Source: Pseudomonadota bacterium (GTDB taxonomy: Bacteria > Bdellovibrionota_B > Oligoflexia > Oligoflexales > CAIYRB01). From it: a DNA stretch of 56,503 nt. The notes under the pieces are model-generated. The model ran no database searches. It had not been told where the DNA came from and worked only from the letters and a program-made list of their open reading frames with translations. Numbering within the stretch: position 1 is the stretch's first letter; every line of letters begins with the position of its first letter. The DNA is taken from NCBI GenBank assembly GCA_031416315.1, contig JANOTL010000105.1, positions 1 to 56,503 on the forward strand. The letters are read 5' to 3'. Positions 28,232 through 39,741 of the stretch are shown here, piece after piece. The position numbers and the translations under genes were made by a program.

Positions 28232-28539
28232 CCCGGCACGGCCATGCCCCGAGCACCGCCGAGCATGCGGATGTACGGAACGACGGCGAGCTGGAGGAAA
28301 ATGACGACGAGGAAGAGAAGCGTCGGAGCCCAATCGAGCGGCCCTTGCGGCAAGGACTTCGTCAGCTTGCGCATCGGTCGGTAAAGCGGCTCGGTCAGCG
28401 CTTGGATCATGCGTACGATCTGATTGTTCTGGTCGGCGCCGACCCAGCTGATCAACACCGAGGCGATGATCAGCAGTTGGATACCGTTGAGAATGATCTC
28501 GAAGATGCGGGCGATGCCTTCGGCGAGCGGTCCTAGCAT
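28228..28539 (-). CDS. yggT: YggT family membrane protein
   Basis: LISWV..DQNNQIVR..LTEPLYRPMRK..LDWAP. Confidence 0.9.
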   Translation of the reverse strand: MLGPLAEGIARIFEIILNGIQLLIIASVLISWVGADQNNQIVRMIQALTEPLYRPMRKLTKSLPQGPLDWAPTLLFLVVIFLQLAVVPYIRMLGGARGMAVPG

Positions 28540-28598
28540 GGCGGCGGGGTGCTCCTACAGCGGGTGGCGGTCGCGCGAATGCGGATTTGCCAGCGAGA

Positions 28599-29294
28599 CT
28601 AGCATGATGGACGCACTCCGAAAAGCGCTGTTCCGAGGCGGACCACGGTCGCGCCGGCGGCGACCGCGACCTCGAGGTCCTCGGACATGCCGAGCGAGAG
28701 GCCCTTTTGCCCGCACCGGTCGGCCGCGGCGCGCAGCTCGCGGTAAAGCGCCGGAACCTCGGAAGAGCCTGGGGGGCGCAGGTTTGCCAAGGGCGGTGGA
28801 ATCGCCATCAGCCCTCGGAGCTCGAGCTCCGGGAGGGCGTCGATCCGTGCTGCGAGCGCCGGCACGTCGGCGAGGGCGACGCCCGTTTTCGAGGCCTCGA
28901 GTCCGGCGTTCACGGCGAGCCAGACGGGGTAGGGCGTCTTGCCGAGCTCGTGCGCGAGGCGCGCGATCTTCTGGGCGTGCTCGAAGGTGCCGACCGACTG
29001 GATCTCGGCGGCGTGCGTCACGATCAGCCGGAGCTTGTTCGACTGCACGCTGCCAATGAAGACCCAGCGCAGCCCTGACGTCTCGCGCGTCGCCTGGGCC
29101 TTGGCGGCCAGCTCCTGCGCGTAGTTCTCGCCGAACGCGGTCGGGCCGGCCGCGTGCATCGCTAGCACCGCCTCGGCCGGATGGGTCTTGCTCACGCACA
29201 GGAGAAAGACGGACGCCGGATCGCGGCCCGCGGCGCGGGCGGCGGCGGCGATGCGCTCGGTGACGGCTTGCAGACGGAGGCTGGATTCGGACAT
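28599..29294 (-). CDS. yggS: PLP homeostasis protein YggS/PLPBP
   Basis: VSKT, FGENYAQE, IGSVQSNK, GLMAIPP, LSLGMSED, VRLGTALFG. Confidence 0.95.
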   Translation of the reverse strand: MSESSLRLQAVTERIAAAARAAGRDPASVFLLCVSKTHPAEAVLAMHAAGPTAFGENYAQELAAKAQATRETSGLRWVFIGSVQSNKLRLIVTHAAEIQSVGTFEHAQKIARLAHELGKTPYPVWLAVNAGLEASKTGVALADVPALAARIDALPELELRGLMAIPPPLANLRPPGSSEVPALYRELRAAADRCGQKGLSLGMSEDLEVAVAAGATVVRLGTALFGVRPSC

Positions 29295-29316
29295 CGCGTC
29301 CAGAATTACCCGCGTC

Positions 29317-29844
29317 TCAGTCCTCCGTCTTCTCTTTCTTCTCGTCGTCCTCGCCGCCATCCGCCTTGGGCTTGGCCTTCGGCGCCTCGCCCGCCGGCGC
29401 GCCTGCCACCCCGGTCTGGCCGACCGGCGTGCCGGCCTTCGGGATCGGCCCCGACGCGGGCTGTGGCAGGGCGTTCGCCTCCATCGGCTGAGCCCTCTGC
29501 CCGGAGACCATCGGGGTCTCGCCACCGGCCGGCGGCGGCAGCTTCTTCATCGGCTCGTGGCGCGGGCCGTTCATGCCCTGCACGTACTTGCTGAGGGGGA
29601 CGTAAGTGTCCTCCTCGTTCACCTGATAGTGCGGGGCGACGATGAAGAGGTCGCCCTTCTCGTTGATCACCACGTCCACGTTCTTCAGCTCCTGCGAGCG
29701 CGCCCCGGAGATGTCCTCGCCATTGAGGAAAATGCTGCGAACGGCTTGGGTTACGGCGGCGAAGGCGCGCTCTTTGCCGTCCGTGGCGAAGCCGACGACG
29801 AGGACCAGGGCGGCGGTGCTGCCCAGGAGGACGCATTTGCGCAT
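29317..29844 (-). CDS. Exported hypothetical protein
   Basis: Signal/TM, compact beta domain (IFLNG.DI....Q.LKNVDVVINEKGD), Pro-rich tail. Confidence 0.7.
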   Translation of the reverse strand: MRKCVLLGSTAALVLVVGFATDGKERAFAAVTQAVRSIFLNGEDISGARSQELKNVDVVINEKGDLFIVAPHYQVNEEDTYVPLSKYVQGMNGPRHEPMKKLPPPAGGETPMVSGQRAQPMEANALPQPASGPIPKAGTPVGQTGVAGAPAGEAPKAKPKADGGEDDEKKEKTED

Positions 29845-29980
29845 ATGGTCTTTTCCTAGATTCGGGGACTGCCTTCATTTTAGCACGGCTGCGGCGGCGC
29901 TCCCTTCGTGATAAGCTCGAACCCGGTCGGAACCAGTCGTCTGCAGTCCAAAATCCCAGAATCGGGAGCAAAAGCCCCAT

Positions 29981-30598
29981 ATGTTGCGCGCCGCCAAAAT
30001 CCTGCAATTCGCGTCCCTCTTCTCCGTCCTCGTCTTCGGCTCGGCGTGCACGCCCGGCTTCGAGGGGGAATACGCCGACCCGGCGAAAGCCGAGATCGTC
30101 GACGACAAATGGAACGAGACCGACGCCCGCAAGACCGCCGAGCACATGATCAAGGGCATGATCGACAAGCCCTGGCTCGACAAGTTCGTAAAAGAGCACA
30201 AGGGCGAGCGCCCGATCGTCATCGTCGACGACGTCGAGAATCGAACCGACGAGCATCTCGACGTGAAGCAGCTCACCGACTACATCCAAGACGAGCTGAT
30301 CAACAGCGGCAAGGTCCGTTTCGTCAACAAAGCCCAGCGCCAGAAGCTCCTGGAAGAGATCAAGTACCAGCAATCCGGCCACGTCTCGAAGAAGTCGGCG
30401 AAGTCGGACGGCAAGCAGCTCGGCGCCGACTACATCCTTAGCGGCAACATCTCGAGTAGCGTGCACGCGATGGAAGAGCGCAAGACGGTGACCTACCAGA
30501 CCGCGCTGACGCTCACCAACGTCGAGACCTTCGAGTTCGAGTGGTCCACGAAATACGAGATCAAAAAGAACTTCAGAAGGTCGGGCGCCGGCTGGTGA
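29981..30598 (+). CDS. lpoB: Penicillin-binding protein activator LpoB
   Basis: Lipobox GSAC; VENRTDEHLD, SGKVRFV, GADYILSG. Confidence 0.85.
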   Translation: MLRAAKILQFASLFSVLVFGSACTPGFEGEYADPAKAEIVDDKWNETDARKTAEHMIKGMIDKPWLDKFVKEHKGERPIVIVDDVENRTDEHLDVKQLTDYIQDELINSGKVRFVNKAQRQKLLEEIKYQQSGHVSKKSAKSDGKQLGADYILSGNISSSVHAMEERKTVTYQTALTLTNVETFEFEWSTKYEIKKNFRRSGAGW

Positions 30599-31893
30599 AG
30601 CGTCTTCTCGCCGCCTGCGTCTTCGCCCTCGCGGTCGCGGGCGCCGCGGGCTGCGCGTCTTATACCGAAGAGACGCGCGAGATCCGCGGCCTCTACCGCG
30701 CCGATCAATACCGGGCCGCCTTCGAGAAGCTCGAGGCCTCGGAGCTGAAGCAGGAAGACAAGAACAAGCTCCTTTACCGGCTCGAGAAGGCGATGATCCA
30801 GGAACGGATGGGCGAGGGCGCAAAGGCCCGCGCCACCCTCCTCGAAGCCGACAAGATCGTAGACCAGCTCTATACGACGAGCGTCTCGCGCACGGCGGCG
30901 AGCTTCGTCATGAACGACTCGGCCTCGGATTACTCCGGCGAGGACTACGAGAAGGTCGCCATCCACACGATGCTGGCCCTTTCCTACCTCAACTCGGGCG
31001 AGCTCGACTCCGCCCGCGTCGAGGCGAAGAAGATCAACAACAAGCTGTCGGAGATCAACGGCGGCTACGACGACAACAAGAATCGCTACGCGCACGACGG
31101 CTTCGCCCTGTACCTCGCCGCGATGATCTACGAGGCACGCGGCGAGCTCGACGACGCCATCATCGACTACGGCAAAGCGGTCGAGGCCTACGCGGGCCCG
31201 TACGCCGAGTTCGTCGACGGCGGCGTTCCGAAAGAGCTGCTCGAAGCTTATGCGCGCGTCCTGATCCGCAGGAATCGCGACGACAAGCTCGCCGTCTTCG
31301 ACAAGAAGTACCCCGCCGCCGTAAAAGCCGCGCGCGCCGCGCTGAAAGACTGCGACGACTGCGGCGAGGTCGTCGTCATCCACCAGCTCGGCCACATCGC
31401 GATCAAGGACGCGCGCGAGTTCTTCATCGGCGGCGGCCGCCAGGTGATCCGCATCTCGTTTCCGGTCGTCGTCAAGCGCGGTGGAGCCGAGTATTGGGGC
31501 GGTACCGGTTTCACCGTCGACGGCGTCGGTGCGCAGAACGGCGCCGACAACGTGCAAGCGCTCGACAACATCGCCCGCGTTTCGCTGGAAGACCGGCGCC
31601 TGCGCATGATCGCGAAGCAGGCGGCGCGCCTCGTCGCGAAGGGCGTTCTGACCGAGCAAGCCTACAGGAACTTCGGCCCGCTTGGCGGCCTCGCCGCCAA
31701 CGCGTTCTCGGCCGTCACCGAGACGGCCGATACGCGCGGTTGGACCCTCCTGCCGGAGGCGATCTTCGTCTCCCGTGCCCTCGTCAAGCCGGGTAAACGC
31801 ACCCTCGAGGTGAAGACCGGCGGGCGGGTCGGCCAGCACCCCACCGTCGAGGTCAGAAAGGGCAAGATCGCGTTCCTGGTCGATGTCGGCTGA
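30595..31893 (+). CDS. COG3014-like TPR lipoprotein (commonly lpoB-linked)
   Basis: Lipobox AAGC; YSGEDYEK, ARVE, DDAIIDY, ADTRGWTLLP. Confidence 0.85.
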   Translation: MKRLLAACVFALAVAGAAGCASYTEETREIRGLYRADQYRAAFEKLEASELKQEDKNKLLYRLEKAMIQERMGEGAKARATLLEADKIVDQLYTTSVSRTAASFVMNDSASDYSGEDYEKVAIHTMLALSYLNSGELDSARVEAKKINNKLSEINGGYDDNKNRYAHDGFALYLAAMIYEARGELDDAIIDYGKAVEAYAGPYAEFVDGGVPKELLEAYARVLIRRNRDDKLAVFDKKYPAAVKAARAALKDCDDCGEVVVIHQLGHIAIKDAREFFIGGGRQVIRISFPVVVKRGGAEYWGGTGFTVDGVGAQNGADNVQALDNIARVSLEDRRLRMIAKQAARLVAKGVLTEQAYRNFGPLGGLAANAFSAVTETADTRGWTLLPEAIFVSRALVKPGKRTLEVKTGGRVGQHPTVEVRKGKIAFLVDVG

Positions 31894-31910
31894 GGGCTTA
31901 ACCTCTTAGC

Positions 31911-33002
31911 TCAGCGGCGGTTGATCCAGGTCTGGTTGTTGAAGTTGTTCCGAAGCGGGATCGCGGCGCGAGCCGAGGCCAGGCGGCGCTCGACGAGGCG
32001 GTCCGAGGCCCGGTGCGTCGGAATCTTCTCTTTCTCGGCTTCCAGGAAGATGGCGCTCAGCGACTCGTAGATGCCCGCCGCGCGGCGCTTGGCGGCGTCG
32101 GCGTCGTAGCCCTTGAGCTCCTGATAGACGTTAATTAGGCCGCCCGCGTTGATTACGTAGTCGGGCGCGTAGAGGATGCCGCGCTCGAGGAGCTGGGCGC
32201 CGTGCCGATCTTCTGACTTGAGCTGGTTGTTCGCCCCGCCGGCCACGATCGAGGCCCGCAGCTGCGGGATCGTCTCGTCGTTCAAGACCGCGCCGAGGGC
32301 GCAGGGCGCGAAGACGTCGACGTCGGCCGCGTGGATCGCTTTGACGTTCTCGACCTTGGCTCCGAACTTGTCGACGATCGACTGCACTTTTTGCTCGTCG
32401 ATGTCGGCGACGACGAGCTTGGCGCCCGCCTGGTGCAAGTAATCGCATAGGTACCGACCGACGGCGCCGGTGCCTTGCACGGCGACCCGCAGGCCTTGGA
32501 GGCCTTCTTTTTTCAGCTTGTGGCGCACGGCGGCCCGGATCCCGTGGAAGACGCCCCAGGCGGTGACCGGCGAGGGGTCGCCCGACTTGCCTTCGAGGCC
32601 GGTGACGTAGGGCGTCTCGAGGGAGACGAAGCCCATGTCGCCGGTGTTGATGTTGACGTCCTCGGCGGTGATGTAGCGGCCGCCGAGCGAGTGCACGAAA
32701 CGGCCGAAGGCGCGGAAGAGGCCCTCGTTCTTCATCGTCTTGGCGTCGCCGATGATCACGGCTTTGCCGCCGCCGAGCGAAAGGCCCGCGGCCGCAGCTT
32801 TATACGTCATGCCGCGCGACAGGCGGAGAACGTCGGTCAGCGCCTCGTCGTCGGAGGCGTAGGTCCAAAGGCGCGTCCCGCCGAGAGCAGGGCCGAGGGT
32901 CGTATCGTGGATGGCGATGATCGCTCTGAGGCCCGTGGCCTTGTCATGGCAGAAAACGACCTGCTCGTGACCCATCTCGCCGACGACGTCGAAGATGCCC
33001 AT
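31911..33002 (-). CDS. Leucine/valine dehydrogenase (Glu/Leu/Phe/Val DH family)
   Basis: HDTTLGPALGGTR, GMTYK, LGGGKAVI, TAEDV, GDPSPVTA, NNQL, PDYVINAGG. Confidence 0.95.
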   Translation of the reverse strand: MGIFDVVGEMGHEQVVFCHDKATGLRAIIAIHDTTLGPALGGTRLWTYASDDEALTDVLRLSRGMTYKAAAAGLSLGGGKAVIIGDAKTMKNEGLFRAFGRFVHSLGGRYITAEDVNINTGDMGFVSLETPYVTGLEGKSGDPSPVTAWGVFHGIRAAVRHKLKKEGLQGLRVAVQGTGAVGRYLCDYLHQAGAKLVVADIDEQKVQSIVDKFGAKVENVKAIHAADVDVFAPCALGAVLNDETIPQLRASIVAGGANNQLKSEDRHGAQLLERGILYAPDYVINAGGLINVYQELKGYDADAAKRRAAGIYESLSAIFLEAEKEKIPTHRASDRLVERRLASARAAIPLRNNFNNQTWINRR

Positions 33003-33048
33003 CGCTAATCCCTTCTGAACGGGTTCGCTGCTACAATGAGATAAACTC

Positions 33049-34524
33049 ATGACTTACGGGGAGGCGAACATAGCCAAGGCACGCCGAAAAGACAACCGCC
33101 CGAAGTTGCTGGGACTGGCCCTGGCGGCCGCTTTGCTGACGGCCGCATCCGCCGCAGCGGACTTTGCCTATGCCATTCCCGTGTCCATCGCCTGGCAGGT
33201 GCCGCTGCGCTCGGACGAGCGCTATGCGCTCGAAGTGTCCAAAGACGCCTTTTTCGCCGAGATCGTCCTGGTGACCGAAGTCCGCGGCACCGGATTTTCC
33301 TGGGAGCTCGAGGACGAGGGCGTCTACCACTGGCGTCTTCTGCGCCCCGGCCGCACCTACGAGCAGGTCGCGGGCGCCGAGGGCTCGACCTTCGTCTCGG
33401 GCTCTTTCGTCGCCCTCGACGCCTCCGAGCGCGAGGCGCCGGCCCGGATTTCCTGGCCGCGGATCGAAGGCGCGGATCGCTACAAGCTCTACGTCTCGGA
33501 CGGCGGCATGAGGCTGCGCACGATGGTCACCGAGGCGCTATTCTTCGTCGTCGAGGACTCGCGCGAGCCGATGATGATCGAGGTGGTGCCGTTCACCGGC
33601 GGCCGTCGCACTTTCCGCTTCTTTCAATACTGGCCCGAGCTCGCCTTCGACGCGGGCAAGGGGGAAGCCGCCGCGCCGCCGCCGCCGCCGCTCCTGGCGG
33701 AGCCGGGGCCGAACCAGCCGCCCGGGCCGGTCGAGCCGGCCGTGGAGGGCGTGGTCGAGACCCCGGCCGCGCCGGGGCCTCCGGCGAAGCCCGCGGTCCC
33801 GATGTCGCCCCTCGGGCGCCGCGTTTATCTGCTCGCGCCGCAAGTCTACCGGGGCGACGAGACGATGACCCTGACCAAGCTGGACGTGAAGGTGGAGAGC
33901 AAAGTCCCGGTGAACGGCGCCTCCGCCGTGATCTTCACCGAGCCCATGGCCGGTCTCGTCGTCACCGCAGAGGGCTCGTATCACGAGCACGAAGACGAGC
34001 TGACGCGCCCCGATTTGGGCGTTCCCGCCGGGAAAAAGCTGAAGATCGACCAAAGCCGCTACCACCTGGCGCTCGGGGTCGGCTGGGATTTCATGGAGAC
34101 CTTTGGCGTCGAAAATCAGCTCCTTTCCCTCTCCATCATGGCGGCGGGGACGCAGCTTCCGCTCCTGCCGCTGATCTACGGCTCGGTCGCCGGCGACCCG
34201 CCGGTTCCGCCGAAGCTGGAGAAGCGTCAAGTGAGCCTCCTCGGCGGCGGCATGGCCTACGGCTATTTCGGCGAAGCGGCCGGTTTCATGCTCGACGGCG
34301 GCTACCTCGTCGAGACGTCGGACGAGGCAATTTTGGGCTACGGACGGGCGACGCTCGAGCTTTATCCGACGGATACGCTCGTCGTGCAGCTCGGCGTCCT
34401 CCAGCGCCAGACGGAGGCGAGCCGCTGCGCGGGCGATCAAACGATCTGCCTCCGCGAAGGTAGGGTCCACACGAACATCAAAGAAATCAGTGGGTTCCTG
34501 GGCATCGGCGCGGCCTTCCGCTAG
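33049..34524 (+). CDS. Exported protein: FN3/Ig-like domains, Pro-rich linker, putative C-terminal beta-barrel
   Basis: Signal peptide; Y.LEVSKD..F, GVYHWR; poly-Pro; amphipathic strands ending GIGAAFR. Confidence 0.65.
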   Translation: MTYGEANIAKARRKDNRPKLLGLALAAALLTAASAAADFAYAIPVSIAWQVPLRSDERYALEVSKDAFFAEIVLVTEVRGTGFSWELEDEGVYHWRLLRPGRTYEQVAGAEGSTFVSGSFVALDASEREAPARISWPRIEGADRYKLYVSDGGMRLRTMVTEALFFVVEDSREPMMIEVVPFTGGRRTFRFFQYWPELAFDAGKGEAAAPPPPPLLAEPGPNQPPGPVEPAVEGVVETPAAPGPPAKPAVPMSPLGRRVYLLAPQVYRGDETMTLTKLDVKVESKVPVNGASAVIFTEPMAGLVVTAEGSYHEHEDELTRPDLGVPAGKKLKIDQSRYHLALGVGWDFMETFGVENQLLSLSIMAAGTQLPLLPLIYGSVAGDPPVPPKLEKRQVSLLGGGMAYGYFGEAAGFMLDGGYLVETSDEAILGYGRATLELYPTDTLVVQLGVLQRQTEASRCAGDQTICLREGRVHTNIKEISGFLGIGAAFR

Positions 34525-34607
34525 CGCGCGCCGGCGGCTTGCATGCGAAGCCGCTGCGGGATAGGTTGCTCGGTTCGCCTGAACCCGCAATTTCCCGGCG
34601 AGATCCC

Positions 34608-36500
<1,893 letters not shown>

Positions 36501-36529
36501 GATGGGTCCGGAACCCACGAGGAGGCCTC

Positions 36530-37324
36530 ATGAAGCAGTACTTGGACTTGATGCAGCGGGTCCTCGACGAAGGCGTCGAGAAGACCGACCGTACGGGGAC
36601 CGGGACGCTCAGTGTCTTCGGCCACCAAATGCGCTTCGACCTCAATGCGGGCTTTCCGCTCGTGACGACGAAGAAAACGCACCTCAAGTCCATCCTGCAC
36701 GAGCTGCTCTGGTTCCTCTCCGGCGACACCAACGTCGAGTATCTGCGGAAAAATGGCGTCTCGATTTGGGACGAGTGGGCCGACCAGAGCGGCGACCTCG
36801 GCCGCGTTTACGGGGCGCAGTGGCGCACGTGGCGGACGGCGGAAGGCGAAACCGTGGATCAGATGAAGCTCGCGGTCGAGCGCATCAAGGCCGATCCGGA
36901 CTCGCGCCGGCACCTCGTCGTCGCCTTCAATCCGGGCGAGCTGAAGGACATGGCGCTTCCGCCTTGCCATGCCTTCTTCCAGTTCTACGTCGCGCGCGGC
37001 CGCCTTTCTTGCCAGATGTATCAGCGTAGCGCCGACATCTTCCTAGGTGTGCCGTTCAACATTGCGAGCTATGCGCTTCTGACGATGATGATGGCGCAGG
37101 TGACCGGTTTCGAGCCGGGCGAGTTCATCCACACGCTGGGCGATGCCCACCTCTATAAAAATCACTTGGATCAAGCGCGGCTGCAGCTGCAGCGCGCGCC
37201 GAAACCTTTGCCGCACCTGCGCGTGAATCCCGAAATCAAGGACCTCTTCGGCTTCAAGTTTGACGACTTCGTCCTCGAAGGCTACGACCCGCATCCGGGC
37301 ATCAAAGCACCGATCGCGATCTGA
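36530..37324 (+). CDS. thyA: Thymidylate synthase
   Basis: [38 protein letters not shown]. Confidence 0.98.
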   Translation: MKQYLDLMQRVLDEGVEKTDRTGTGTLSVFGHQMRFDLNAGFPLVTTKKTHLKSILHELLWFLSGDTNVEYLRKNGVSIWDEWADQSGDLGRVYGAQWRTWRTAEGETVDQMKLAVERIKADPDSRRHLVVAFNPGELKDMALPPCHAFFQFYVARGRLSCQMYQRSADIFLGVPFNIASYALLTMMMAQVTGFEPGEFIHTLGDAHLYKNHLDQARLQLQRAPKPLPHLRVNPEIKDLFGFKFDDFVLEGYDPHPGIKAPIAI

Positions 37325-37851
37325 TGCAGACGCTTTCGGCCATCGTCGCCATGGCGAAGAACCGCGTCATCGGCACCGGGAACGCGTTGCCGTGGCACCT
37401 TTCTGAGGACCTGAAGTTCTTCAAGCGGACGACGAGCGGCCATCCGATCGTCGTCGGCCGGAAGACTTTCGCCTCTTTCGGCCGGCCCTTGCCCGGCCGG
37501 CTCAACGTCGTGATCACACGCGACCCGGGCGCCTACGCGGCCGAGGCGAAGGAAGACGTCGTCTTCGTCGCGAGCCTCGACGAAGCGCTCGCGCTTTGCG
37601 CCGCGCGCCGCGAGAAGTGGGGCGATGAGGTCTTCATCGCGGGTGGCGGCGAGATTTATCGCGCGGCCTTGCCGCGGCTGAGTAAGATTTATCTGACCAC
37701 CATCGACGCGGACTACCAGGGCGACGTGAGCTTTCCCGAGCTGCCCGCCGGCGTCTTCACCGTGACTGAAGAAGAGCGTTTCAAGGAGCCGATGCCGTAT
37801 TCGCGCGCGCTTCTGGTGCGTCAGGGCGCGCTCGGCGCCACCGTGATGTAG
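37324..37851 (+). CDS. folA: Dihydrofolate reductase
   Basis: VIG..LPWHLSEDLKFFK, GRKT, PLPGR, GGGEIY, GDVSFP; TGATG overlap with thyA. Confidence 0.96.
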   Translation: MQTLSAIVAMAKNRVIGTGNALPWHLSEDLKFFKRTTSGHPIVVGRKTFASFGRPLPGRLNVVITRDPGAYAAEAKEDVVFVASLDEALALCAARREKWGDEVFIAGGGEIYRAALPRLSKIYLTTIDADYQGDVSFPELPAGVFTVTEEERFKEPMPYSRALLVRQGALGATVM

Positions 37852-38318
37852 ATCTTCCCGGCGTCGCCCGTGCCCGTGAACTGATAATGATCGTAGATCA
37901 GGTCGTCCTCGTTCGACGGGAACGCCGTCTTCACGTCGCATTCGAGCCAACCGCCGAGCGGGATCGCGTCGGTGTTGAAGCCTTCCGTCAGCTTCTGACC
38001 CTGCGCGTCGTAGACGCGGTCCCCGCCGTGTGGGCACGGATCACCGAGCGTGTGCAGCGTATGCTTCTCGCTCGGGTCGAGGTTGACGACGCGGAAGATC
38101 TGGCCGACGACGAGCTTGATCTCGGTCTCTTTTTTGTTCCAGGCGCCTTTGCCTAAGCCTTCGGGGAGGGTGAAAACGACGGGCGCATCGGCTCCGGGCG
38201 TGGAAGGAGCGGAGGTCGTCAGATCGTCCGCGCTCTGCGGGCTCGAGACCGCCGCCTCTTGATCGCGGCAGCCGACGGCGCACGCGACGCCGAGAAAGAA
38301 GATCGTCCAGCGAGTCAT
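37821..38318 (-). CDS. Cupredoxin-like lipoprotein
   Basis: Lipobox AVGC; IKLVVGQ..VVNLD..HTLHT..PCPH..YDH..GKIYITV. Confidence 0.6.
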   Translation of the reverse strand: MTRWTIFFLGVACAVGCRDQEAAVSSPQSADDLTTSAPSTPGADAPVVFTLPEGLGKGAWNKKETEIKLVVGQIFRVVNLDPSEKHTLHTLGDPCPHGGDRVYDAQGQKLTEGFNTDAIPLGGWLECDVKTAFPSNEDDLIYDHYQFTGTGDAGKIYITVAPSAP

Positions 38319-39634
38319 GCGGGGGCGCCTCCGGTGATCTCGCGCTCGGCGGCCGCCGCGACCCGGCGGCCCTCCTCGACGTCGAGCATGGCCAGAAAGA
38401 TCATACCCACAATGAAAAAGCTGATCAGGAAAAGGATCGAGGACCGGCTCGAGCCGGCCGACTGCGCCACGATGCCGAAGAGCGCCGGGCCGAAGATGCC
38501 GGCGAACTTCGAGAAGACCGAGTTGAAGCTGAAGAACTCGGCGGCTCGGCTCGGCGGCACGATCGAGGCGTAAAGCGAGCGGCTCAGCGCCTGCGAGCCG
38601 CCTTGCACGAGGGCGACCAGGACCGCCAAGGCCCAGAATTGCCACGGCTCGGTCATCCAGTACCCGAGCAGGCAGATCCCGGAGTAGACGGTCAAAGTCA
38701 CCATGAGCCCCGCCTTCGTGCCGATGCGGGAGGCCACCGCGCCGAACGCGAAAGTTGCGGGAATCCCGAGAAACTGCACGAGGAGCAGCGCGCCGATCAG
38801 GTGCGTCTCGCCGATGCCGATCTCGGCGCCGAACATCGTCGCCATCTTGATGATCGTGCCGATGCCGTCGGTGTAGAACCAAAAGCCGATCAGAAAGATC
38901 ACGATCTGCTTGTAGCGTTTGATGTCTTTTGCCGTCGCCATGAGCCGCGTGAAGCCGATGGTCAAGGGACTTCCCTGCTCGTGCGTCCCGCGCGACGCCT
39001 TCGGCCCTTTGACCTTGCGCCACAAGGGGATCGAGAAGACGAGCCACCAGATCGAGACGCTGAGAAACGATGCGCGCACCGCGACGCCTTTGTCTGGGAA
39101 GCCGAAGAGCTCAGGCTTCAGCGTCCAGACGAGGTTGATCGCGAGGAGGACCCCGCCGCCGACGTAACCGATCGCGTAGCCTGCGGTCGAGACGCGGTCG
39201 ACCTCTTCCGGCTTCGCGACGGTCGTGAGGAGCGAGTCGTAGAACACCAGCGCGCCGGCGAAGCCGATGTTCCCGATCAGATAAAGCGTCGAGGCCAGGA
39301 CCCAGTCGCCTTTGCCGACGAACCAGAGAAGTCCCGTCGCAACCGAGCCGATGACCGTGAACACGGCGAGAAACTTCTTCTGACCGCCGACGATGTCCGC
39401 GACCGCGCCGAGGAGCGGCGCGAAGACGACCATCACCAAGAGCGCGAGGGACGACGTGTAGCCCCAATAAGCCGTGCGCACGTTCGGCGGCAGATCCACG
39501 GCCGCGACGCTCGCGTAATAAATCGGGAGGATCGCGGCCATGATCGTGGTCGCGAAGGCGGAGTTCGCCCAGTCGTACATCGCCCAAGCACGCAGCTCTG
39601 GACGGCCTAGGCCAATGCGGGCCATGAAACTCAT
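38315..39634 (-). CDS. MFS transporter, UMF1/Atg22-like family
   Basis: WAMYDWANSAF, VFYDSLL, GYVGG, DGIGT, GGSQALSRS, AEFF. Confidence 0.92.
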   Translation of the reverse strand: MSFMARIGLGRPELRAWAMYDWANSAFATTIMAAILPIYYASVAAVDLPPNVRTAYWGYTSSLALLVMVVFAPLLGAVADIVGGQKKFLAVFTVIGSVATGLLWFVGKGDWVLASTLYLIGNIGFAGALVFYDSLLTTVAKPEEVDRVSTAGYAIGYVGGGVLLAINLVWTLKPELFGFPDKGVAVRASFLSVSIWWLVFSIPLWRKVKGPKASRGTHEQGSPLTIGFTRLMATAKDIKRYKQIVIFLIGFWFYTDGIGTIIKMATMFGAEIGIGETHLIGALLLVQFLGIPATFAFGAVASRIGTKAGLMVTLTVYSGICLLGYWMTEPWQFWALAVLVALVQGGSQALSRSLYASIVPPSRAAEFFSFNSVFSKFAGIFGPALFGIVAQSAGSSRSSILFLISFFIVGMIFLAMLDVEEGRRVAAAAEREITGGAPA

Positions 39635-39702
39635 GAAGACCTCCGTGATGCTCGATTGGAGAATCATAAAATACCCTTTGACCGAAGTCCCAACGATGAT
39701 AC

Positions 39703-39718
39703 GACTGGCCGGTCAGTC
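39703..39718. promoter_or_regulatory. Operator-like palindrome between divergent MFS and M48 genes
   Basis: gactggccggtcagtc, near-perfect 16-bp dyad in AT-rich context. Confidence 0.4.
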
Positions 39719-39741
39719 AATAAAATTTAGGGGACGATCAG

